NCBI RefSeq assembly: GCF_036365525.1
Contig: NW_027140453.1
Coordinates: 248,001 to 312,000, forward strand
Direction of reading: 5' to 3'
Source: Heterodontus francisci
Taxonomy: Eukaryota
DNA: 64,000 nucleotides
Positions 45,426 to 59,170 of the stretch are shown piece after piece (positions within the stretch are counted from its first letter, which is position 1; the number at the start of each line of letters is the position of its first letter). The notes beneath the pieces were generated by a model, which did no database searches, was not told the DNA's origin, and saw nothing but the letters and a program-made list of their open reading frames with translations. Made by a program: the position numbers and the translations under genes.

Positions 45426-48400
45426 GAACACAGACCTTAGAACATTACAGCGCAGTCCAGGCGCTTCGGCCCTCGATGTTGCGGCGACCTGTGAAACCAT
45501 CTGACCTAAACTATACCATTTTCATCCATATGTCTATCCAATGACCACTTAAATGCCCTTAAAGTTGGCGAGTCTACTACTGTTGCAGGCAGGGCGTTCC
45601 ACGCCCCTACTACTCTCTGAGTAAAGAAACTACCTCTGACATCTGTCCTATATCTATCACCCCTCAACTTAAAGCTATGTTCCCTCGTGTTTGCCATCAC
45701 CATCTGAGGAAAAAGACTCTCACTATCCAACCTATCTAATCCTCTGATTATCTTATATGTCTCTATTAAGTCACCTTTCCTCCTCCTTCTCTCCAACGAA
45801 AACAACCTCAAGTCCCTCAGCCTTTCCTCATAAGACCTTCCCTCCACACCAGGCAACAACCTAGTAAATCTCCTCTGTACCCTTTCCAAAGCTTCCACAT
45901 CCTTCCTATAATACGGTGACCAGAACTGCACGCAATACTCCAGGTGCGGCCGCACCAGAGTTTTGTACAGCTGCAGCATGACCTCGTGGCTCCGAAACTC
46001 GATCCCCCTACTAATAAAAACTAACACACCGTATGCCTTCTTAACAGCCCTATTAACCTGGGTGGCAACTTTCAGGGATTTATGTACCTGGACACCAAGA
46101 TCTCTCTGCTCATCGACACTACCAAGAATCTTCCCATTAGCCCAGTACTCTGCATTCCTGTTACTCCTTCCAAAGTGAATCACCTCACACTTTTCCGCAT
46201 TTAACTCCATTTTCCATCTCTCAGCCCAGCTCTGCAGCCTATCTATGTCCATCTGTAACCAACAACATCCTTCGGCAATATCCACAACTCCACCGACATT
46301 TGTGTCATCCACAAATTTACTAACCCACCCTTCTACACCCTCATCCAGGTCATTTATAAAAATGACAAACAGCAGTGGCCCCCAAACAGATCCTTGCGGT
46401 ACACCACTAGTAACTAAACTCCAGGATGAACATTTACCATCAACCACCACCCTCTGTCTTCTTTCAGCGAGCCAATTTCTGATCCAAATCACTAAATCAC
46501 CTTCAATCCCATACTTCCGTATTTTCTGCAATAGCCTACCGTGGGGAACCTTACCAAACGCCTTACTGAAATCCATATACACCACATCCACGGCTTTACC
46601 CTCATCCACCTGTTTGGTCACCATCTCAAAAAACTCAATAAGGTTTGTGAGGCACGACCTACCCTTCACAAAACCGTGCTGACTATCGCTGATGAACTTA
46701 TTCTTTTCAAGATGATTATAAATCCTATCTCTTATAACCTTTTCCAACATTTTACCCACAACCGAAGTAAGGCTCACAGGTCTATAATTACCAGGGCTGT
46801 CTCTACTCCCCTTCCTGAACAAGGGGACAACATTTGCTATCCTCCAGTCTTCCGGCACTTTTCCTGTCAACAATGACGACATAAAGATCAAGGACAAAGG
46901 CTCTGCAATCTCCTCCCTGGCTTCCCAGAGAATTCTAGGATAAATCTCATCTGGCCCAGGGGACTTATCTATTTTCACACTTTCCAAAATTGCTAACACC
47001 TCCTCCTTGTGAACCTCAATCCCATCTAGCCTAGTAGTCTGTATCTCAGTATTCTCCTCGACAACATTTTCTTTCTCTACTGTAAATACTGATGCTAAAT
47101 ATTCATTTAACGCAACCCCTATCTCCTCTGATTCCACACACAACTTCCCACTACTATTCTTGATTGGCCCTAATCTAACTCTAGTCATTCTTTTATTCCT
47201 GATATACCTATAGAAAGCCTTAGGGTTTTCCTTGATCCTATCCACCAATGACTTCTCGTGTCCTCTCCTCGCTCTTCCAAGCTCTCCCTTTCGATCCTTC
47301 CTGGCTAGCTTGTAACTCTCAAGCGCCCAAACTGAGCCTTCACGTCTCATCCTAACATAAGCCTTCTTCTTCCTCTTGACAAGCGCTTCAACTTCTTTAG
47401 TAAACCACGGCTCCCTCGCTCGACAACTTCCTCCCTGCCTGACAGGTACATACTTATCAAGGACACGCAGTAGCTGCTCCTTGAATAAGCTCCACATTTC
47501 GATTGTGCCCATCCCCTGCAGTTTCCTTCCCCATCCTACGCATCCTAAATCTTGCCTAATCGCATCATAATTTCCTTTCCCCCAGCTATAATTCTTGCCC
47601 TGCTGTATATGCCTGTCCCTGCCCATTGCTAAGGTAAACCTAACCGAATTGTGATCACTATCACCAAAGTGCTCACCTACATCTAAATCTAACACCTGGC
47701 CGGGTTCATTACCCAGTACCAAATCCAATGTGGCATCGCCCCTGGTTGGCCTGTCTACATACTGTGTCAGAAAACCCTCCTGCACACACTGGACAAAAAC
47801 TGACCCATCTAAAGTACTCAAACTATGGTATTTCCAGTCAATATTTGGAAAGTTTAAGTCCCCCATAACAACTATCCTGTTACTCTCGCTGCTGTCGAGA
47901 ATCATCTTTGCTATCCTCTCCTCTACATCTCTGGAACTATTCGGAGGTCTAGATTAGATTAGATTAGACATACAGCACTGAAACAGGCCCTTCGGCCCAC
48001 CTAATCTGTGCCGACCATCAACCACCCATTTATACCAATCCTACACTAATCCCATATTCCTACCAAACATCCCCACCTGTCCCTATATTTCCCTACCACC
48101 TACCTATACTAGTGACAATTTATAATGGCCAATTTACCTACCAACCTGCAAGTCTTTTGGCTTGTGGGAGGAAACCGCAGCACCCGGAGAAAACCCACGC
48201 AGACACAGGGAGAACTTGCAAACTGCACATCGGCAGTACCCAGAATCAAACCCGGGTCCCTGGAGCTGTGAGGCTGCAGTGCTAACCACTGTGCCACTGT
48301 GGCGCCCCACAGGTCCATAGAAAACTCCCAACACGGTGACCTCTCCTCTCCTGTTTCTAACCTCGGCCCATACTACCTCAGTGGACGAGTCCTCAAACGT

Positions 48401-49390
48401 CCTTTCTGCCGCCGTAATACTCTCCTTGATTAACAATGCCACACCCCACCCCCACCCCCCTCTTTTACCATCTTCTCTGTTCTTACTGAAAGATCTAAAT
48501 CCCGGAACCTGCAGCATCCATTCCTGTCCCTGCTCTACCCATGTCTCCGAAATGGCCACAACATCGAGATCCCAGGTACCAACCCATGCTGCAAGCTCAC
48601 CCACCTTATTCCGGATGCTGCTGGCGTTGAAGTAGACACACTTTAAACCAAGTTCTTGCTTGCCAGTGCCCTCTTGCGTCCCTGTAACCTTATCCCCTAC
48701 CTCACTACTTTCAACAGCCTGTACACTGGAACTACAATTTAGGTTCCCATCCCCCTGCTGAATAAGTTTAAACCCCCCCGAAGATCACTAGCAAATCTCC
48801 CCCCCCAGGATATTGGTACCCCTCTGGTTCAGGTGAAGACCATCCTGTTTGTAGAGGTCCCACCTACCCCAGAAAGAGCCCCAATTATCCAGGAAACCAA
48901 AACCCTCCCTCCTACACCATCCCTGCAGCCACGTGTTCAACTCCTCTCTCTCCCTATTCCTCGCTTCGCTAGCACGTGGCACGGGCAAGAACCCAGAGAT
49001 AACAACTCTGTTTGTTCTCGCTCTAAGCTTCCACCCTAGCTCCCTGAATTTCTGCCTTAAATCCACATCTCTCTTCCTACCTATGTCGTTGGTGCCTATG
49101 TGGACCACGACTTGGGGCTGCTCCCCCTACCCCTTAAGGATCCCAAAAACACTATCCGAGACATCACAAACCCTGGCACCTGGGAGGCAACACATCAACC
49201 GTGAGTCTCTCTCGTTCCCACAGAACCTCCTCTCTGTTCCCCTAACTATGGAGTCCCTAATGTCTAATGCTCTGCTCCTCTTCCCCCTTCCCTTCTGAGC
49301 AACAGGGACAGACTCTGCACCAGAGACCTGTACCCCATTGCTTACCCCTGGTAAGTCGTCCCCCCCCCAACAGTATCCAAAACGGTATAT
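45426..49390 (-). mobile_element. Near full-length CR1 LINE (second subfamily), 5'-truncated within ORF1, EN domain interrupted by a SINE
   Basis: ORF1 esterase remnants (HIGTND, DGLH) at 48773-49390. ORF2 frame from 48766 to about 48311, resuming at about 47950 and running to 45506 with a complete RT. 3' UTR present. Confidence 0.95.
47951..48310 (-). mobile_element. tRNA-derived V-SINE (HE1-like) with (TCTAA)n tail, inserted in CR1 ORF2
   Basis: tRNA-like head ggcacagtggttagcactg; V-domain ctgcgtgggttttctccgggtgctgcggtttcctcccaca; imperfect TSD aggtcta/aggtcca (47945-47951, 48311-48317). Confidence 0.88.
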
Positions 49391-50305
49391 CCAAAATGAG
49401 CACAGACCAAGCTGTAGAATAGATCAGCAGCCCAGTATGACCCAAATATTGTTCCACCTACATCCCTCGGGCCAGTGTTGCAGAAAACGTTTGCCAGGAG
49501 TCCCACCTGACTATTTGAGAATCAACATCTAGCTGTTGTTTTCTTAATTCGTTCATGTGATGTGGGCCTCGCTGGTTAGGCCAGCATTTATTGCCCATCT
49601 CTAATTGCCCTTGAACTGAGAGGCTTGCTGGGCCATTGCAGAGGGCATTTAATAGTCAAACACATTGTGTGGATCTGGAGTCACATGTAGGCCAGACCAG
49701 GTGAAGGCGGCAGATTTCCTTCCCTCATAGTCGTCAGAGAACTGGATGGATTTTTGAAACAATGGACACGATTAGACGAGCTTTCTTTCCAAAAAAAAAT
49801 CCAGATTTATTAATGGCATTGAAATTTCATGATCTGTATTGGTGGGATTCACCCCACATCGCTAAAACACTAGCAGAGACTGTGGATTAGGAGTCTCGTT
49901 AAATTACCAACACACTAATACATCCCCGACAGGAGCAGATCATTTGGAATCCAGATGTCTGTAATTGGAAATCTACATGTGGCTAATTTGGGAATGCCGG
50001 TGAGGTTCATTTGGAAATCTGGATATGAACAACTGGAGAGTTCTAATCAGTAAATTAGAAACTGAACAACAGACACCCTTGTTGGGGATATTAACAACAC
50101 TTAATCCAGTCACTCAACCATCAAAAGCAACCACGTCCATTCTGATTGGTTGGGTGGTGGAAAGGGGCGTGTCCAACACTGCATCACTTCCTCATGCCCT
50201 TCATGTTTTCCTCAATGATTTGTAAAGAGCGGATTGGTTAGTCACAGAACTGATCCCCTCTGTTCCACTGCCTTTGCTGTTTGAGAGGGCAGTGTCAAGT
50301 GGGCG

Positions 50306-50796
50306 ATGTATCTGTTCCTGGCTCTGATAATCCTGGTTCAACGTGAGTGCCAAATACAAGGATTATCCTTCAGAACCTTTCTCTCCTCTCCCTGTTTTTC
50401 TTTCATTCCCAGAAGTTCCCTGTTTACTGATCTCCTCCTCTCTCCATCTCTCTCCCAGATGTGAACTCAAAGAATATCCACCAGACTCCCGCCGCTGTCT
50501 CCAGATTTCCCGGGAAAGGAATGGAACTGAGGTGCACTGTGGAGGGGAGCAGCAGTACCCTCTACATGTACTGGTACAGACAAGAGCCGGGGAAGGAGCC
50601 GCTGCTGATGTTTTACTCCAATACTGCTAACTATGTGGATCCAGAGGGGACGGTGGACGGTTTTACTGCCGAGAGACCGACTGACTCCCAGTTCAACCTG
50701 GAGTCCTCCAGCCTGTAGGAAAATCACTCGGCCGTGTATTTCTGTGCCTGGAGTCTTCACAGTGACTCAGAGAGATGGAGCAGTTCAACAAAAACC
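50306..50796 (+). pseudogene. V8: TRBV30-like pseudogene; leader 50306-50342, V exon 50459-50757, nonsense codon at 50716-50718, intact RSS 50758-50796
   Basis: In-frame TAG in FR3 where paralogs have CGG/CAG; CACAGTG-23-ACAAAAACC. Confidence 0.9.
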
Positions 50797-52789
50797 CCAA
50801 AGGCAGCAGGAAACACCTGTTTCAGATAAAACCAGGTGGTGCTGCGTCTTGTTGGGTGTTGTTTTTTTTATTATTGGGAACATGTTTTTCACAAGAAGAC
50901 AGGGCGAAATTTAATAGAAAGTCACTCTAGAATTTGCCTTTATAGCCACTCCAGGCGCTGCTCCACACACCACTGACCACCTCCAGGCGCTTACTCATTG
51001 TCTCTCGAGATAAGGAGGCCAAAGAAGACGAAGATATAGAAACACAGGGGAATTGTGAAATAGACTTTACAGGAATGATATCAAAACACAGAGGTTAAAG
51101 TTATCAAGATAATTTGAGCATCGGGGGATCTTTGCTCCACAAAGGTGAAGACTGAAGGGTCAACGTTCAGCGGTCTTTGAGAGGTTAATAAATATTTTAA
51201 TATGTGAAATGAAGATCAGATAAAGNNNNNNNNNNNNNNNNNNNNNNNNNNNNNNNNNNNNNNNNNNNNNNNNNNNNNNNNNNNNNNNNNNNNNNNNNNN
51301 NNNNNNNNNNNNNNNNNNNNNNNNNNNNNNNNNNNNNNNNNNNNNNNNNNNNNNNNNNNNNNNNNNNNNNNNNNNNNNNNNNNGTGTTATGTCACTGTGT
51401 TTTCTTTCTCCAAAGGGACAGCAGAGTGCGCTGTAGGACCATGATAAATATCAGAGTCTGGAACACACTTTGACAGTGACCTGGGAACACAACGAGAACA
51501 TTCATCACCTCGGAAACACTCCGCCCTTCAATGAGATCACGACTGATCAATACATTCCCATCGCTCCCTCTCTGCATTCCACTCTCTCCCTCTCCATCCC
51601 TCTCTCCATCCCTCTCTCTCCCTTTATTTCCATCCCTCTCTCTCACTCTATCTACCAAGCTGGTGTAAAATGAGAGAATGCCGTTATACATTCCTGTCTT
51701 TTACAGGGGCAGTGACTGTCTCTCTATCTATCTCTCGATTTCTCTCCCTCTCTCTATATCTATCTGTCTACCTGACTGTCTCTCTATCTAGCTCGATATT
51801 TCTCTACCTATCTGACTTTCCCTCCATCTCTCTATTTCTCTACCTCTCTCTATATCAATCTGTCGACCTGACTGTCTCTCTCTCTATCTATCTCTCTACC
51901 TGGTTGTCGATCTCTTTGTCTCTCTATCTATCTATCTCTCTACCTGTTTAAATATCTCTCTGTCTCTGTATCCATCTAACTCTATCTTTAGGCGATTACA
52001 GTTCGTGTGAACTAATTAAATATACTGCAGTAATGTAACAAATGACTGTCTTTTCATAGATTTTCTATATATTAACCAGTAGAAGATGTCGTTCATCATC
52101 AATTATCTATCAAAATCCTCTATGATCTTCAATATCTGGATCACATCTACCATTAACCTTCTCTGCTCTAAGGAGAGAAACCCCCAGCTTCTCCAGTCTC
52201 TCCACAGTAACTGAAGTCCCTCATCCCTGGCACCAGTCTGGTTAACCTCCCTCTAACCTTCACTGCAAAGAGGCGAACAACTCCCAAATGTACAGGAACT
52301 CAATACATCTGGCGATTAAACATCGAGACAGAGAGGGTGAATCAGGGAGACATAGAGAGGAAACACTCAGCATAAATGAAGGGGTCAGAGGGAGACAGAG
52401 AGAGGAAGATGCACACACACGCGTGCGCACACACAGATACAGAGAGAAAAAGAGAGAGAAAGAATGGGAGACAAAGCTCGATACATGCAGAGAGAGAGTG
52501 AGCAACAAATAGTAAGAAAGAGAGAGGAAGATGCACACACGCGCATACACACACACAGATACAGATCCTGTTCCTCCCAATGATTTGTAAAGAGTGGGTT
52601 GGTTATTGACAGCACTCATCATTCCTGCTCTCTCCCCTTTGCTGATTCATTGAGATTTCATTGAAACAATATTTCTACTTCACATTTCTTTTGGTTATGT
52701 TTTTATTTATTTATCTATTTCTTTCTCTCTCCCCACTGGACTGAAGTTCCCTGTTTATTGATCTCGTCCTCTCCCTGTCTCTTTCCCAG

Positions 52790-53113
52790 ATGTGAACTCA
52801 CAGACTACCCGCCGCTGTCTCCAAATTTCCTGGTGAGCAGGTGAAGCTGAAATGCACCGTGGACGGTAGCAGTGACCCTTACATATACTGGTACAGACAA
52901 TACCCGGGGAAGGAGCTGCAGCTGATGTTTTACTCCCTAACTGCACAAGGGGTGAACTCAAAGGGGACGGTGGAGGCTTTCACCACCGAAAGACCGACTG
53001 ACTCCACGTTCGACCTGGAGTCCTCCAGCCGACGGGAGAATCATTCGGCCGTATATTCCTGTGCCTGGAGTAATCACAGTGACTCAGAGAGATGGAGCAA
53101 TTCAACAAAAACC
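52790..53113 (+). pseudogene. V9: TRBV30-like pseudogene; 11-nt FR1 deletion, no clear leader, intact RSS 53075-53113
   Basis: tcctccagact is missing relative to V6, giving TGA at 52834-52836; YSCAWSN; CACAGTG-23-ACAAAAACC. Confidence 0.88.
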
Positions 53114-53629
53114 CGAAAGGCAGCAGGAAACACCTGTGGAGGGTAAAACCGTTCGGTGCCTCGACCTGCTGTTCCCTTTTGCAGAGTGAAAGTGTTTATT
53201 ACAATAAAAAGAGCTGAGTTAATATTGTAGTGAGATTTTAGATTTACAGGTACTGGCGAGGGTGCAATGAACGATGAATAAGGATGTCACGAGATCTCAG
53301 AATGTAACTATCTGGAATCAATGACAATAATCTGGATTTTTTATGCACTGACCCTGTGTTTACCTTCTGCACAGGGACAGCAGAGGGGGTTCCAGGACCA
53401 TGGAATGGACAATGGCTTTGAAAAGGATTTAGTGAGAAAACGGAAAGAGCGGGAGGTCTGCAGATCCAGCTTGATATACATGAACAGGACAAGGACACCC
53501 ACTTTGTTAGAGAAGGGAAGATAGTGTATGTGTGTGACAGAGAGAGATCTAGTGAGAGAAAGCAAAAACGACAGACAGAGTTAAAGAGACTGAGACAGAG
53601 AGGGAGACAGAGATAGAGACAATAAGGGG

Positions 53630-54035
53630 ATATTACAGGGATTGATCTGGAGAATGAAGGATTATTGTAGGGATTGATCTGGAGAATGAAGGATTATTAT
53701 AGGGATTGATCTGGAGAATGAGGGATTATTATAGGGATTGATCTGGAGAATGAAGGATTATTATAGGGATTGATCTGGAGAATGAGGGATTATTATTGGG
53801 ATTGATCTGGAGAATGAAGGATTATTATATGGATTGATCTGGAGAATGAGGGATTATTATTGGGATTGATCTGGAGAATTAAGGATTATTATAGGGATTG
53901 CTCTGGAGAATGAGGGATTATTATCGGGATTGATCTGGAGAATGAAGGATTATTATAGGGATTGATCTGGAGAATGAGGGATTATTATCGGGATTGATCT
54001 GGAGAATTAAGGATTATTATAGGGATTGATCTGGG
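53630..54035 (+). repeat. 32-bp tandem repeat, about 12-13 copies
   Basis: gggattgatctggagaatga(a/g)ggattattata. Confidence 0.95.
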
Positions 54036-54039
54036 AGAT

Positions 54040-55400
54040 TGAGTGGGGTCAGTGAGTGGAGTCAGTGAGTGGAATCTATGAGTGGGGTCAGTGAGTGGTG
54101 TCACTCAGTTGAGTCAGTGAGTGAGGTCAGTGAGTGGGGTCAGTGAGTGGGGTCAGTGAGTGCGGTCAGTGACCGGGGTCAGTGAGCGGAGGCAGTGAGT
54201 GGAGTCTGTGAGTGGAGTCAGTGAGTGGGGTTAGTGAGCGGGGTTAGTGAGCGGGGTTAGTGGGGAGTCAGTGAGTGGGATCAGTAAGTGGGGTCAGTGA
54301 GTGGGGTTAGTGAGCAGGGTCAGTGGGGAGTCAGTGAGTGGGATCAGTAAGTGGAGTCAGTGAGTGGAGTCACTGAGTTGTGTCACTCACTGAAGTCAGT
54401 GAGTGAGGTCAGTGAGTGGGGTTAATGAGCAGGGACAGTGAGTGGAGGATGTTAGTGGAGTCCGTGAGTGGAGTCAGTGAGCAGAGGCAGTGAGTGGAGT
54501 CTAAGAGTGGGGTCAGTGAGTGGGGTCAGTGAGCGGGGACAGTGAGCGGGGACAGTCAATGGAGTCAGTGAGCGGGGTTAGTGAGTGGGGTTAGTGAGCG
54601 GGGTCAATGGGGAGTCAGTGAGTGGGATCAGTAAGTGGGGTCAGTGAGCGGGGTTAGTGAGCGGGGTCAGTGCGTGGGGTCAGTGAGTGGAGTCAGTGAG
54701 TGGAGTCACTGAGTGGTGTCACTCAGTGGAGTCAGTGAGTGAGGTCAGTGAGTGGAGTCAGTGGGCGGGGACAGTGAGTGGAGTCAGTGAGCGGGGTTAG
54801 TGAGCGGGGTTAGTGAGCGTAGTCAGTGAGTGGGGTCAGTGACAGGGGTTAGTGAGTGGGGTCAGTGCGTGTGGTCAGTGACTGGAGTCAGTGAGTGGAG
54901 TCACTCAGTGGAGTCAGTGAGTGAGGTCAGTAAGTGGGGTCAGTGAGTGTGGACAGTGAGTGGACTCAGTGAGTGGGGTCAGTGAGAGGAGTCAGTGAGT
55001 GGTGTCGGTGAGTGGAGTCAGTGAGCGGGGTCAGTCAGTGGGGTCAGTGAGTGGGGACAGTGAGTGGAGACAGTGAGTGGGGTCAGTCAGTGGTGTCAGT
55101 GACTGGGGTCAAAGAGAGGAGTCAGTGAGTGGTGTCAGTGGGTGGGGTCAGTGAGATGAGTCAGTGAGTGGGGTCACTGAGTGGGGTCACTGAGTGGGGT
55201 CACTGAGTGGGGTCCGTGAGTGGGGACAGTAAGTGGAGTCAGTGAGAGAGGACAGTGAGTGGAGTCAGTGAGTGGTGTCAGTGAGTGGGGTCAGTGTGTG
55301 GGGTCACTGAGTGGGGTCAGTGAGTGGAGTCAGTAAGTGGTGTCAGTGAGTGGGGTCAGTGAGTGGGGTCAGTGAGTGGGGTCAGTGAGGTGGGTCAATG
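54040..55400 (+). repeat. 13-bp G-rich minisatellite, about 100 copies
   Basis: gtcagtgagtgg(g/a) units. Confidence 0.95.
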
Positions 55401-56490
55401 ATTGGGGTCTATATCGATCGATCTATCTATCTATCTATCTCTCAATCTATCTATCTCTCAATNNNNNNNNNNNNNNNNNNNNNNNNNNNNNNNNNNNNNN
55501 NNNNNNNNNNNNNNNNNNNNNNNNNNNNNNNNNNNNNNNNNNNNNNNNNNNNNNNNNNNNNNNNNNNNNNNNNNNNNNNNNNNNNNNNNNNNNNNNNNNN
55601 NNNNNNNNNNNNNNNNNNNNNNNNNNNNTTCTATTGTTCCATTTGTCTATCCATCCATTGCTCTATCGATCCCTCCAGCTATCGATACATATCTCTATTT
55701 ATCTCTATTTATCTATTTATCTATTTACTCTGTCATCTATATATATTTGTCATCGATCGATTTATCTGGCTCTTGTCTGTCTAAGTGTATATCCATCCCT
55801 CTGTTGTTTATCATATATCTAACGTCATTGTTTACATCTCGCAGTTCCATCAGTGATATATCATGGTTTGCTATTTTGTTGATATTGTTGTATCTTCTTG
55901 TTCTCCTTCGATTCAGATTATATCAATACAATATTAATGATTAAAATGCTCCATCCACGTGATAAGGCTCTTTTCGTGAGGTAGCCTCTACATTTTAAGA
56001 ACAGATTACAAGGCAGGGTAAATGGGTTCATGATACAGTTGAAAGAATGGACGGAGGATTCTGACAAGGAGTTGCACAGAGCTCCCTATTCTACATGCCC
56101 CTGATGATTCATACAATGCAAATACGAGACAACTCCCCAGATAGGTCTCTCACTGGAACAGATTCCTAATTTGGCGGTTTTGAGCAACTGTTGACAATTA
56201 TTAACCAACTTGTCTTTCAGACACTCGGTGTCTTTTGAAGAACTTTCAAAGCATCTGGGAGTTAGGCCCAGGCAAGAATTTAACCCTTCAATTCTCGTTT
56301 AGGAGACAGGGAAAATAAATCTTTCTCAGCCTAAAACAAATAAGCCCCTTGATGCATCTTAGATAGTTATAGAATCATACAGCACTGACCAAGGTCATTC
56401 GATCAATCGAGCCTGGTCTGGCTGTTCGAAACAGTTACCCAAAATAAACAACATCATCCCTTGGCCATGGGCTGCAAGAAGTACAGAATC

Positions 56491-57191
56491 TGTTACAAAC
56501 TGCTGGATAGCACATGAACTAAAGTAACCTGAGCTCAGACACTGGCCTGTGCTGGTAAAAACCAGTTTGAACTAATTAATTTATGTGACAGACAAGGGAG
56601 AAATCACAGGAATAGAGCCTTATTTGGAAACGGTGTGATACCGGGGTCTTTGGGCCTGGGCCAATAAGGAGAAGATACGAACGAGGTGAGCAGGCCTAAA
56701 CCAACAGGAAAGAGACAGCACAGTTTTGAAGAGATAAGAAAGAGAATAAGTATGGAGAATCTCAGGCATAGAACCAGCGAGAAACTCCAGAGACCAACCA
56801 TTGTGGAAGTGGAAGACCCTGCGTGAGCAACGCGGTGATGACGTAAAAGAGAGAGAGATCAGAACGTCTGGCCAGCATCAGCTCTTCCCTTTCCGGGAAT
56901 TATCGTTTGTTTTCTGTGACGAGGTCAGGGAAAGGTCAGAGGAACCTGGTGGGTGTGCTTATCAATTCTAGCTAGCTTTGTTATTAACTGTATAACCCAG
57001 TTGAGTTGCATGCTTTTGTCTAACCAAGTGTATAAGCCTTATTCTTCCATTGTACAACAACGTGAATAAAGTAACTTGATAGTTAAAGAAAGGACTGAGT
57101 TTCCTCCTCTTTGTACTAAGCCATTAACCGTAACTGGTGGATTAGGTGGAGGGTGGCTCTCCTGTAACCCCAATATCCCAAACACGTGACA
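56491..57191 (+). mobile_element. Possible solo LTR
   Basis: TGTTAC...GTGACA termini and AATAAA at 57065. No clean adjacent TSD. Confidence 0.35.
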
Positions 57192-57419
57192 GCCAGAATC
57201 AAGTGGGTGAAGGGAATAAAGGGGCCAAGGGGGAGTTGACTCCGCACCACGGTTTAAAATCCTGTTCCCATCTCTCTGCATCTCAGCCCATCAGCACCTC
57301 CTTCTATTCCTTACTCCCTCATGTCCTGATCTAATCTCCCCCTTAAATGCATCTCCACTATTGGCCTTAACTTACTCGCTGTGGTCGTGAAATTGAGCCC
57401 CCTGGTTCTAGACTTCTCA

Positions 57420-59170
57420 ACCACAGAATCACAGAATTGTTACAGTGCAGAAGGAGGTCATTCGGCCCATCGTGCCCGCACTGTCTCTCTGGAAGAGAAA
57501 TTCCCTCAGTCCCACTCCCCTGCCTTCTCCCCATAACCCTGCACATCCTTCCTTTCAATATAACTGTCTAATTCGCTCTTGAATGCTTCAATTGAACCTG
57601 CCTCCACCACGTTCTCAGGCAGTGCATTCTGGACCTTCACCACTCGCTGTGTGAAAAAGTTCTCCCTCATGTCACTTTTGCTTCCCTTACCAAATACTTT
57701 AAATCTGTGCCCTCTCGATCCTTTCACGAGTGGGAAAAGTTTCTCTCCATCTACTCTGTCCAGATCCCTCATGATTTTGAAAACCTCCATCAAATCACCT
57801 CTCAGCCTTCTCTTCTCCAAGTAAAACTGTCCCAACCCGTCCTTCCACTCTTAATGACTGAAACAAATATACACCTAGGCCCCTGTGCTCCTGCACCCCC
57901 TTTCGAGTTGTGCCCTTTATTCTCTATTGTTCATCCGACCAAAATGAATCACTTCACATTTCTCTGCATTGAACCTCATCTGCCACCTGTCTGCCCATTC
58001 CACCAACATGTCTATGTCCTTTTCAAATTCGACATTATCCTCCTCATCATTCACAATGCTTCCAAGTTTCGTATCATCGGCAAACTTTGAAATTGTGCCC
58101 TGTACACCGAGGTCTAGGTCATTAATATATATCAGGAAAAGCAAAGGTCCTAATACTGATCCCTGGGGAACTCCACTGCAAACCTTCCTCCAGCCCGAAA
58201 AACCATCCATTAACCATTGCTCTTTGTTTTCTGTCACTAAACCAATTTCGTCGCCATGTTGCTACCGTCCCTTTTATTCCACGAGTTACAAGTTTTCTCA
58301 CATGTTTGCTGTGTGGCATTGTATCAAACGCCTTTTGAAAGTCCATGTATACCACATCCACAGCATTGCCCTCATCAACCCTCTCTGTTGCCTTCTCAAA
58401 AAAATTCTAGCAGGTTAGTTAAACATGATTTTCCCTTATGGAATCCATGCTGTCTTTCATTAATTAACTCGTCCATGTGACTATTGATTTTGTCCCGAAT
58501 TATTTTTTATAGAAGTTTCCCCACCACCAAAGTTAAACTGACTGGCCTGTAGTTGCTGGGCTTATCTTTACCCCCTTTTTGAACAAGGGTGTAACGTTTG
58601 AAATTCTCCAGTTATCTGGCACCAGCCCTGAGTCTAAGGAAGACTGAAAAATTATGGCCAACGCGATTTCCACCCTCACTTCCCTCAGTATCCTTGAATA
58701 CATCTCATCTGGTGCTGGTGCTTTATCTACTTTATGTTCAGACAGCCGATCGAACACTTTCACTTTACCCATTTTACACACTCTAGTGTCTGACTTACCT
58801 TCTCTTTCAACCAGAGGAAACTTCTTGCCTGCATCTACCCTGTCTATCCCTTTAAGGACTTTGTAGGTTTCAATGAGATCACCTTTCATTCTTTGAAACT
58901 CCAGAGCATTCAGGCCCAGTTTCCCCAATCTCTCTTCATAGGACAGTCCCGCCATCCCTGGAACAAGTCGGGTGAAACTTCTTAGCACTCGTTCCATGGG
59001 AATAATATCCTTCCGAAGGTCAAGGGACTAAAACTGCACACAGTACTCGAGGTGTGGTCTAACCAAGGTTCTCCACGATTGAAGCAAGACTTCATTACTC
59101 CTGTACTCAAATCCCCTTGCGATAAAGGCTAACATAACATTAACTTTCCCAATTGCTTGCTGATGCTATA
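57420..59170 (-). mobile_element. Two or more decayed CR1 LINE segments
   Basis: GVPQGSVLGP, FADDTK, DFQKAFD and FTQRVV motifs. Confidence 0.88.

Noticed and set aside
48240-48310. tRNA gene
   Set aside because: tRNA-derived head of a SINE, continuous with the V-domain and LINE-like tail.
54225-54860. Interstitial telomeric repeat
   Set aside because: ggggttag variants are point changes within the 13-bp unit, not tandem TTAGGG.
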